From a virus: a stretch of DNA of 64,000 bases. How positions within the stretch are numbered: the stretch's first letter is position 1; each line of letters opens with the position of its first letter. The stretch lies in IMG/VR virus record IMGVR_UViG_3300009509_000015, positions 1 through 64,000 of that record. One strand, given 5' to 3'. This document shows positions 56,217-64,000 of this stretch, in pieces. Below the pieces are notes generated by a model. That model worked only from the letters and a program-made list of their open reading frames with translations, was not told where the DNA came from and searched no databases. The position numbers were made by a program, and so were the translations under genes.

Positions 56217-57596
56217 TTAGCGAGTCTTCATGAAACGCTCAGCAGCCTCACGTAATGACTTAGGCTCCTCAACAACTTCCACTTCTTCCTCACTATCTAC
56301 TACTTCCTCTTCTACCTCTAAGGGTTTAACGGCAGACTTTCGGTTTGCAGGCTTTTTAAGTTCTGCAAGCTCAGTAGTAAGAGCCTCAACTTTTTCAGAC
56401 AGCGCTTCGATAGTACCTTTCAATTCGTCAACTTCAGAAACATCAGTCTCGTCAACTTCGTCAACCGTCTGTTCCTCGGCCTGGGGAACCTCTGCGGTAA
56501 CCTCTAGTGACTTCTTAATGTCCTCTAAAGCTGTAACAATTGCGTTGGCAAAATCTGCAAAAGCGCCAGCTTCAACAAATTCAGGAGCAGGTTCGTCTTC
56601 GTCTTCAACGATAGCTTCGGCTTCGATTTCCTCTTCAGCCTCTTCGTCAATAGACATTTCCACATCGGCTTCAACCTCTGCGGTTTCATCGACTTCTGCT
56701 TCAGCTTCTACCTCAGCCTCAAGGTCTTTATCTTCTTCTTCGATAACCTCTTCAGCTTCAGCAACAGGCTCCTCAACTTCTAAGTCTTTCTCCTCTTGTG
56801 TAACCTCTTCGGTTACCTCTTCTTCTAAGATATTTTCTTGAGTGTCAGGCATAGCATCCTCCTTGATAATAGACTTACTTTTCTCCGAGCAAGGCTCTTC
56901 GCACATACTGTGCGCTATGGCGATTGCTTGATCCTGTGACATTTCTGGATCATCATTCATGATCTCAGGAATCTTTCTGGATACACAATCATCAACGGAT
57001 TCGCCTTCTTGCCTGCACTCTGGAGACTTTTCTATGTCTTGTGTTTGAGTTTTTGGCAGACCAAATTTCTTAATAGCAGATACCATACCCATCTCACGTG
57101 CTGCCATACGAAAATCATCAGTCATGAGATTATAATCAAGTTTAGCATCATAGTTAGCTGGATGGTCTACTAATGAAATTTCTGCCAATGAATAATCATT
57201 AATGATCCAGCCACCGTTCTCAGTCATTTCAATGTCGTCTAGTGCAATAGCAATGCCGACACTCAATGCACTAAGTAAACCATTTTCTACTTCAAACGCT
57301 GCTTGTGGATCAATAACTTTAATTTCTACTTCGTTCCAATCTAATCCGTCACCTTTACCAATAGCTGAAACCTTTCCTACTGGTCGAGGCTGGTGCATAT
57401 ACCTGATGTTGCCCCACTGTTTATACTTTGGTATAGCCCTTTCAGTAGCTTCCCTTGTAATAACGTCACCAACTTCGTCTATGTTGTCGGAGGTAAATTT
57501 CCCTCTAACAATTAAAGGTTCGCCAGGATCACTACTCTTGTAGTGTTTTGTTAGCGGAACGCCAATAACCTTGTTTCTTACTGTTCTATCTGACAT
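56217..57596 (-). CDS. prohead protease fused to acidic scaffold
   Basis: D..GDVI, YMHQ, ALSVG, EISLVDHPAN. Confidence 0.9.
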   Translation of the reverse strand: MSDRTVRNKVIGVPLTKHYKSSDPGEPLIVRGKFTSDNIDEVGDVITREATERAIPKYKQWGNIRYMHQPRPVGKVSAIGKGDGLDWNEVEIKVIDPQAAFEVENGLLSALSVGIAIALDDIEMTENGGWIINDYSLAEISLVDHPANYDAKLDYNLMTDDFRMAAREMGMVSAIKKFGLPKTQTQDIEKSPECRQEGESVDDCVSRKIPEIMNDDPEMSQDQAIAIAHSMCEEPCSEKSKSIIKEDAMPDTQENILEEEVTEEVTQEEKDLEVEEPVAEAEEVIEEEDKDLEAEVEAEAEVDETAEVEADVEMSIDEEAEEEIEAEAIVEDEDEPAPEFVEAGAFADFANAIVTALEDIKKSLEVTAEVPQAEEQTVDEVDETDVSEVDELKGTIEALSEKVEALTTELAELKKPANRKSAVKPLEVEEEVVDSEEEVEVVEEPKSLREAAERFMKTR

Positions 57597-57873
57597 GTGT
57601 TTTATTTTCCTCTGCTACTGCAAGTAACTTTTTAGCAAAGTGAGGGCCATAAACCTTGGACAGTTTTCCATAACCGACTTCTATAATGTCTTTGCACATA
57701 AGCGTTTCTGTTCCACCCCTATGTGAGGTTCGTTCAGGCCAATCATCTTGCCATCTATCGTGTAACTTTGCTGTATCTTCTTCAGATAAAAATCTATCAA
57801 TAATGGTTCCAGTTCTCGTACCTAAACCACTTACTACATTTAGTCTCTGCCCACTTTTACTGGTTGTATACAT
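57586..57873 (-). CDS. hypothetical protein
   Basis: GAGGT RBS before MYTTSK. Confidence 0.6.
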   Translation of the reverse strand: MYTTSKSGQRLNVVSGLGTRTGTIIDRFLSEEDTAKLHDRWQDDWPERTSHRGGTETLMCKDIIEVGYGKLSKVYGPHFAKKLLAVAEENKTHVR

Positions 57874-57930
57874 ATAACACCTCAATAAACTACAATTACA
57901 TTAATGTGCAAGTTGTCAAATTTACTTGCT

Positions 57931-58212
57931 CTAATGCGATTTTTCACCGATTTCCTTCATCATCCTTGCTGCCATTATACTTACAGTGGCATCAACAAGC
58001 TGATAAATTGATCGGACAATAGGATCAGAAGTGTACCAAACCTTTTGTGTTCCACATGACCCACACTTAACTACAAGATTAGGGCCTCTTGTTTGAACTG
58101 ATTCAACTGTGCTATCTTTACTTACTACTAGTTCCGATCCGAGCACTGTACCAAGTACTGCACCACAAGAATGATTAATGCAATACCAATCTATTACTTT
58201 TTTCTCTGGCAT
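57931..58212 (-). CDS. Zn-ribbon protein
   Basis: C..SCG...KCGSCG. Confidence 0.65.
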   Translation of the reverse strand: MPEKKVIDWYCINHSCGAVLGTVLGSELVVSKDSTVESVQTRGPNLVVKCGSCGTQKVWYTSDPIVRSIYQLVDATVSIMAARMMKEIGEKSH

Positions 58213-59809
58213 AACTCATCTCTCCTATGAGATAATCAAACAGGCTTTTTACAGTTTCTACATCTGCCTCTCGCTGATTAATCTCTTCTGTCATAGCCCT
58301 CACCATATAATCTGGTATAATATCGGACTCGAACACTCTAAGTGCCTTGCCCTTACTAACCCTATTTATAGCGAATGACTTGAATTTTTTAAGTTCTGAT
58401 ACTAACGCACGCTCTTCATCATCATGGTTATCCCCCCTTGGTGGGTCTTGATCGTCGTTAGTAGGTTCTCCAGTTTCTGATGGATCATCTGGTTCTGGTT
58501 CACGACCTTCTGGTGGTGATCCAGTATCAGGATTTTCCAATGGTGTATTAGATTGTGGAGACACTTCTTCAACTTGATCAACGTACAAATCACCGTTCTC
58601 ATCATCTCTTGGCTCTTCGCCAAGTTGGTTTCTAATCTCGTTAGGATTGTAAACACCCAATGAGTGGTAGCGCATATGTACTGTTGCTTGTTCGACAGCA
58701 GTTAAGAAATCTGGTTTATTAAACTTAAATTCCCAACCTATAATACCAAACTCTCTAACATGAATTTGTTCATAAAGAGCGTTCTCGATAAGCTTAAAGA
58801 TCGGAACCATAGTTGTTTCATGGAACTCACGCCTTAATTCACGTAGTCCACCAGAACTTATGCTGTCATCAATTCCTAGCTTTGCGCCAGGAGTACCAGT
58901 TACCGCTAACGTTTCCGTACGGGTATCATTACGAGCTTCTTGGTAAGGTAAATCTTCTGGAAGCCTGGAAACATTCTCGATCTGTAATTCACCTTGAACA
59001 ACGACAGGATTCTTTCCAACATTTGAAGCACCTCCATATTTAGATTCAAGAGCATCAACAAAATCATCAAACGCTTCATCACTAATATCTGGAGATAAAA
59101 TGTAAAAAGCTTCTGGAGTACTTCTATTACGTACATACTCCCTTGCTGCTGTCTGCAAATAAATATCCAATGGTAAAGCGAAGTCTGTTACAGATTCTAG
59201 ATCAGTACCACCAGTTGGATAGCCTTCCCAATCTGGGTTTACGATGTACACAATATCATGTATATCAGTGTACTCAACATAATCCTCTGTATCTCTGCTC
59301 ATGTACTGCATAAAAGCTACTTCTTTGAAGTAGCCTTCTTCATCAACATTAGGCACAACGAATCCGTGCATAAAGTCTAATCCTATTGGATTTCCTGTAC
59401 CATCTCGTACAATGTGAAAAGCTGCTTGACCAAAATACTTCAGGTACATAGCAGCAATCATTAGCTTATATGCTAAGCTGTAAAAATCCTTGATGTTAGT
59501 CCAGTCTCTGTTTGAGAAATTATAAAAGTTTAGTAGCTTCTTTCTGTGTAATTCCCTAGCCTGAGATTTAAATTCTAGATTCTTCTTTAACTTCCACCAA
59601 GTTCCTACAGTAGTTCTACCTAGTGTACTAATAGATGCACGTACATAACCGTGAATCTTTATAGTATCCATCAAATCCCAAAAAAGCGTGAACTTCTCGT
59701 TCACGACATATCCTTCTGTTTCTAATTCTTTTATTGGCGCTTGGTTACTAGGTTCAATTATTTTAACTTTCGTAGTTTTAGGAACAGTTCCTAACATAAC
59801 TGCCTGCAT
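58175..59809 (-). CDS. portal protein
   Basis: FGQAAFHIVRD.GNPIGL...GTPGAKLG...NPNEIR.LG.EP. Confidence 0.9.
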   Translation of the reverse strand: MQAVMLGTVPKTTKVKIIEPSNQAPIKELETEGYVVNEKFTLFWDLMDTIKIHGYVRASISTLGRTTVGTWWKLKKNLEFKSQARELHRKKLLNFYNFSNRDWTNIKDFYSLAYKLMIAAMYLKYFGQAAFHIVRDGTGNPIGLDFMHGFVVPNVDEEGYFKEVAFMQYMSRDTEDYVEYTDIHDIVYIVNPDWEGYPTGGTDLESVTDFALPLDIYLQTAAREYVRNRSTPEAFYILSPDISDEAFDDFVDALESKYGGASNVGKNPVVVQGELQIENVSRLPEDLPYQEARNDTRTETLAVTGTPGAKLGIDDSISSGGLRELRREFHETTMVPIFKLIENALYEQIHVREFGIIGWEFKFNKPDFLTAVEQATVHMRYHSLGVYNPNEIRNQLGEEPRDDENGDLYVDQVEEVSPQSNTPLENPDTGSPPEGREPEPDDPSETGEPTNDDQDPPRGDNHDDEERALVSELKKFKSFAINRVSKGKALRVFESDIIPDYMVRAMTEEINQREADVETVKSLFDYLIGEMSYAREKSNRLVLH

Positions 59810-59870
59810 GTGTGCCTCCGCATAAGATACATCTACACTGTACTACAATCATAATGTATATAAAAATGCA

Positions 59871-59900
59871 AAAAGGCAAGCTAAAAAGCCTGCCTTTTCA
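59871..59900 (-). terminator. intrinsic terminator
   Basis: AAAAGGCA...TGCCTTTT. Confidence 0.65.
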
Positions 59901-59922
59901 AAAAATGTTCGTGTAAGTTACA

Positions 59923-60777
59923 CTAAACGGTAGTTAACTTGATCAAAATTGGTGGTGACCCTGCTGCATAAGACCACCTAATTCCATCTGGATCGACAAA
60001 TTGATGAGCATCAACAGCAACTTGCGTCCACCCAAGCTTTTTTGTAGCAGCCTCTACCCATTCTTTGAATGTATTACACTGGACTGGTAAAAGAATTGCG
60101 TTACCATTAACCCCTTCTATAGCATCCTTTCTGTACGCATCAATTACTTCAGCAACCTTAGCATGGATACCATTGAAGTTCCTGTACACAACTCTTGCAC
60201 CACCTATAGCCGTATGTACTACATCCTCTTCCTCAACACCAATAGCTCTTGATATTGAGTGACCCTTATTATCTGGAGAATTAATAGTAGGATCAATTTT
60301 CTTTAAAGCCTTGAACAAGTCAATATTATCAAGAACATCATTCCAAGGAAAACCAACAAAGTCAAGCTCAGGCTTCATAAAGTACTTAAAAAACTTTAGG
60401 TCGAACTTTGGATTTTGTCCTACCAAAAAAGTATCAGTACCATTTCCTACCCTACCACGTAGCCAAGAAATAATTTTCATCTTAGCCTCGTCTAATGGAA
60501 CACCCTCTTTTTCTAGGTACTCCCAAGTGATCCCGTTAACTTTAAGAGCACCAGGGCTAGCGTTCTTCCACTGTTCTTCTGTTGGTAGGATAACAACCTC
60601 AAGTTCTTCTAATGTTGATTCATCAGAGTTTGGCTCATGCTTCTCATGTATAAAAGCAATGGAAAAAATACAAGCCCCTTCTGTTGGTTCAAAACCAGAA
60701 GTCTCAATATCTAAATAAAGTTTGTCTCGTAGCTTCATAAACACACTTTCTACCTTTACGGGGTCTGGTTTAAACAT
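59923..60777 (-). CDS. DEDDh 3'-5' exonuclease
   Basis: LDIETSG, VGQNPKFD, HTAIGG (last Asp absent). Confidence 0.8.
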   Translation of the reverse strand: MFKPDPVKVESVFMKLRDKLYLDIETSGFEPTEGACIFSIAFIHEKHEPNSDESTLEELEVVILPTEEQWKNASPGALKVNGITWEYLEKEGVPLDEAKMKIISWLRGRVGNGTDTFLVGQNPKFDLKFFKYFMKPELDFVGFPWNDVLDNIDLFKALKKIDPTINSPDNKGHSISRAIGVEEEDVVHTAIGGARVVYRNFNGIHAKVAEVIDAYRKDAIEGVNGNAILLPVQCNTFKEWVEAATKKLGWTQVAVDAHQFVDPDGIRWSYAAGSPPILIKLTTV

Positions 60778-60976
60778 ACTGCCTCTCTTCCTTCAGTTCT
60801 TCCAATTCCATTGCCCAGCCTTCTCTGTTCTTCTTAGCATACTTGGACATGAACTCTACAAATTCGTAATACTCATCAGGCTCAAGTAGCTCAGAAAAGG
60901 ATGATGGAAAAGAACTAAATATCTCGTAAAACCATTCAATGAATTTTACGGCTTGATTAAACTTTACACTAGCCAT
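60770..60976 (-). CDS. hypothetical protein
   Basis: GAGGAG RBS before MASVKF. Confidence 0.55.
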   Translation of the reverse strand: MASVKFNQAVKFIEWFYEIFSSFPSSFSELLEPDEYYEFVEFMSKYAKKNREGWAMELEELKEERQYV

Positions 60977-61247
60977 TATACTCCTCTGACTCCATAGCAG
61001 CACAGGCTAATAGGTCAATTGCCACTTCATCCCAACTCCATTCATCAGTATTTTTATACTTAGCAAAAGCAAAAAGAACCCGTTCAACAAAAACATCTTT
61101 CATATCATAAGGGTCTACCTCTGGATTTCTATCTGATCTGTCTAAAGCAAAGGTCATTATTACTTCATCCAAGTGAGGATTCATCATTAATAAAGATATT
61201 TCTAAACCATCGTATAAATTATTCACATCTTGTTCAAATGACGACAT
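60969..61247 (-). CDS. hypothetical protein
   Basis: Operon packing. Confidence 0.55.
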   Translation of the reverse strand: MSSFEQDVNNLYDGLEISLLMMNPHLDEVIMTFALDRSDRNPEVDPYDMKDVFVERVLFAFAKYKNTDEWSWDEVAIDLLACAAMESEEYNG

Positions 61248-61477
61248 TAGCTTATCTCCATGATTTTAATATTGTCACCAACCAAAAAAGCCATCCTTAC
61301 ATTAGTCTTCTCAAGCTCTAATGTTCGCAGGGCTTGCTCTACGGAATCGGCTAGATTTTCATTTTCTACTGGAAGTATGAGAATGTACCTGTTTTCTGGC
61401 TTTAACTCTACAATGGACTCTTTGATAGCTTTTACCAAATCTTGATATAGCTCTTCTCTTCTATTAAAAATTGACAT
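61247..61477 (-). CDS. hypothetical protein
   Basis: AAGGAG RBS. Confidence 0.6.
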   Translation of the reverse strand: MSIFNRREELYQDLVKAIKESIVELKPENRYILILPVENENLADSVEQALRTLELEKTNVRMAFLVGDNIKIMEIS

Positions 61478-61569
61478 ACCTTCTCCTTCTATACTACGTC
61501 GTACTTCTTAAGTACTATGAGTAGTACATTAGTACTTATAAGTTCTAATATACTATTTTGTTATAGTTG

Positions 61570-61940
61570 ATCACTTGGATACACTCCCCCCATCTAGCAT
61601 GAGTACACATTTAGATAAATGCCACGAGTACTCACGAAAGATGGGGGGAAGATGATCTACATGTTTGATCTTACAGTGCGGTAAGATAGGGAGGTTAAAG
61701 GTCTAGGAAGACCACATGATCCCTCTAACACGTCGCATCTACTAAGTGCTATGAACCGAAGTTCAACTGTCCAGGCGATCCGTTACCAGTTGGTATTAGC
61801 ACTCATCCCCTTGCCCGTAGGCAGATCGGCGGTGACCCATCAAGGTTTCTGGAAGTCCGTGTATGTCTGTCGGTGACGGAGTGGGTGTTACCCACCAAAT
61901 GATTTTTTATCTATCACAACTTACCGACGTTAGTTGTGAA
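61570..61940 (-). ncRNA. structured ncRNA candidate downstream of terminase
   Basis: Own promoter; cUACGg and cUUCGg tetraloop hairpins on the minus strand; TCCCCCCATCT/AGATGGGGGGA helix. Confidence 0.6.
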
Positions 61941-61948
61941 TTTTTTAC

Positions 61949-61977
61949 ATTATACCACATGTGTTTATTTACGTCAA
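61949..61977 (-). promoter_or_regulatory. sigma70 promoter
   Basis: TTGACG-17-TATAAT with TG extension. Confidence 0.8.
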
Positions 61978-63837
61978 GGTTGCTCGTTGCCAAATTATAT
62001 ATTTTGCTACTTCTTTAATCTGATCTTCAGAGTAGTCATCGTGCATAGCAAGTTTAACTTTATGGGATAGGGGAAATGGCATCTCACCTGTACTATTTTC
62101 TACGTACCATATAAGTTGTTTTGTTGGAACTTCTGCTAACAGCCTGGATATACCAAGTGTTACAGTATTTGGTAGCTCATTTATTATTCTTACATCTTCT
62201 CCACTAACATTTTCTTTACTACCAACAACAGCAGTTCTAAAGGCTTTTCCACGATCTATTTCAATAGCAGTTTTTAAATATAACCAAGCGTGTGCAAAGT
62301 GAGAAGCTCGTAGTTCACGGTATACTGCTACATCCTTTTCTCCAGATGGGGTCTTTCTTTTTTCAACATCACGCTTTATAGCAGTGATATGGTCAATGAT
62401 TGTTTCTGTATCAATAGGTAAGTTAGGAAGCTCTCCAGGCAATGTCCATTCACTGTCTTTAATACTTGCTATCAAACGATCAAACCCCTCAGACCTTCCG
62501 ATAACTACGTTTGTCTTTACACCACGATCATCTGTTTTAGTTGACCAATCAACAGTAGTGGCAGAATAGTCAGCAAGTAAAATTTTGCCAAGGAAATCTT
62601 TTTGTAAGTCTCTTGCTGCGTGTCTGTTAGGATCAGCGTCAATAACCATCCTTTTAATTCTGAATAGCTTCATAAGCTGCCCCAACCTATCAAACCCTTT
62701 ATCGAATGGTATTGACTCAAGATGTACAATCTTTGGGTTGCCACCACCTCTTGGAACTTTACCAATAAGCAACTGTAGTTCATTACCTTGGTCAACGCCC
62801 ATGTAATAAGTTGACTTACCATCGGTGAAGTCCTCGTATTGTGCCTCTTCGTTGAAGCAGTTAATAAGCATATCTTCACGTTCAAGTGAGCCAATACCAA
62901 GCTCCCTAGGTTTACCCAGGTTCTTTCTATAGAACTCAGTTATATCTGTAAGCGGATCAAGAAAGATTGAATAAAGGTGCTCTGGTGTGTGTGTCATCAT
63001 TTGAGATACATGAAAGCCAATATGGTCTTTAGATTTTTCAGGATACTCAGGAACCCAAAATCCTTCCTGTATCTGCTCAAGCGTCAATGGTGTATCACAC
63101 TTTAGGCATCCAAAGAAAACTTCCTTTGGTCGTTGAAGAGGGCCTATTACACGTAGATTTTTATCCCAGTCAAGTTCTTGTAGGTGTCCACATTTAGGAC
63201 ACTTAACAAACCATTCACGTTTATCACTGTTATTAAAAGTTGCATTTACACCATAGTTAGGAACAGTGGGTGTTGAAAAGAAATATGTCAATCTCCAAGA
63301 CGAGTCATCCATACGGTTCTGTGCGGTAGCAACATTTTTCATTTCAGATAAATCGAACTCATCAATAAACACTGCATCTGCTGGCATCATACGAGGTTCT
63401 ACAGTGGACTCCATAAAGAATAAGTATGAACCACCAAATCTTTTTGAGCGTGTTGAATCTGGAAAACCCAGTAGAGTTGACAATCTTTCAGAGTTTCTAA
63501 TCATTGGATCAACACGAGTTGTAACAAAGTCAATATAGTCTTGCTGTCGTGGAAGCATATAGATAATACGAACAGGCCAAAAATCTGCAAAATGAAACAT
63601 ACGCACTGCTGCCATTGTAGACATACCACACTGCGTAGACTTTTGTATTGACATTGTTCTGGCTATACCAGCAGGGTTTTGTTCTATGTTATATGGATTA
63701 GAGACAGCATAGATTTCTTTCATCCATTTTCTGCTGCCAACTTTCCATTCTTTGTTTTCTAACAAATCAACATAGGAAATTCCGTAAGCTAAAATATCCT
63801 TAGTCGCTAAGCTCTCTATCCTCTTCTGACTTATCAT
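61969..63837 (-). CDS. terL: terminase large subunit (lambda GpA-like)
   Basis: QKSTQCGMST, FIDEFD, STPT, CPKCGH, MGVDQG. Confidence 0.92.
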   Translation of the reverse strand: MISQKRIESLATKDILAYGISYVDLLENKEWKVGSRKWMKEIYAVSNPYNIEQNPAGIARTMSIQKSTQCGMSTMAAVRMFHFADFWPVRIIYMLPRQQDYIDFVTTRVDPMIRNSERLSTLLGFPDSTRSKRFGGSYLFFMESTVEPRMMPADAVFIDEFDLSEMKNVATAQNRMDDSSWRLTYFFSTPTVPNYGVNATFNNSDKREWFVKCPKCGHLQELDWDKNLRVIGPLQRPKEVFFGCLKCDTPLTLEQIQEGFWVPEYPEKSKDHIGFHVSQMMTHTPEHLYSIFLDPLTDITEFYRKNLGKPRELGIGSLEREDMLINCFNEEAQYEDFTDGKSTYYMGVDQGNELQLLIGKVPRGGGNPKIVHLESIPFDKGFDRLGQLMKLFRIKRMVIDADPNRHAARDLQKDFLGKILLADYSATTVDWSTKTDDRGVKTNVVIGRSEGFDRLIASIKDSEWTLPGELPNLPIDTETIIDHITAIKRDVEKRKTPSGEKDVAVYRELRASHFAHAWLYLKTAIEIDRGKAFRTAVVGSKENVSGEDVRIINELPNTVTLGISRLLAEVPTKQLIWYVENSTGEMPFPLSHKVKLAMHDDYSEDQIKEVAKYIIWQRATLT

Positions 63838-64000
63838 CTTCCCTCATCGCATCTCTTATTGTTCCAGCGTCAAGCATAAACATTACTTCGTACATATCCG
63901 CAGATACACCCTCTTTCACACGAAGATGAATGTCAAGTCTCTTAAACCTTTGACCACATATATGACATAACATGCCATCATCAGTGCTATCAAGAATCCC
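63800..64000 (-). CDS. partial Ros/MucR-like Zn-finger protein
   Basis: MLCHICGQRFKRLDIHLRVKEGVSADMY, open to the window edge. Confidence 0.5.
   Translation of the reverse strand, partial: GILDSTDDGMLCHICGQRFKRLDIHLRVKEGVSADMYEVMFMLDAGTIRDAMREDDKSEEDRELSD

Noticed and set aside
56230-56841. 203-aa Ser-rich + strand ORF
   Set aside because: Antisense shadow of the Glu-rich scaffold region
1-64000. Stop-codon recoding or suppressor tRNAs
   Set aside because: Long genes are intact in code 11, all three stops are used, and no CTA, TTA or TCA anticodon was found

Overview
This is a 64-kb segment of a large tailed dsDNA phage (siphovirus-type morphogenesis module, standard genetic code, low-GC). 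1-3.85 kb (+): small, often acidic early genes, including a frameshifted ArdC-like gene. 3.85-16.4 kb and 27.0-28.2 kb (+): a large RNA-gene array with 32 tRNAs covering all 20 amino acids (none with encoded CCA), a compact tmRNA, a ~1.05-kb GOLLD-like structured RNA with two aberrant tRNA-like modules, a minimal RNase P RNA whose specificity domain is replaced by a protein-coding ORF, several unexplained structured spacer RNAs, and cargo genes whose stop codons lie inside or directly against tRNA 5' ends. 16.5-27.0 kb (+): an island of three large SGTGTL-repeat virion proteins with an apparently split lectin-like domain. 28.2-36.1 kb (+): replication genes (PolA, RecA/DnaB-like ATPase, ERF). 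36.1-64 kb (-): lysis, tail, head, portal and terminase genes, with a -1 frameshift chaperone, a candidate late-promoter motif and a structured non-coding RNA downstream of the terminase. All calls were made by eye; no searches or folding programs were run.
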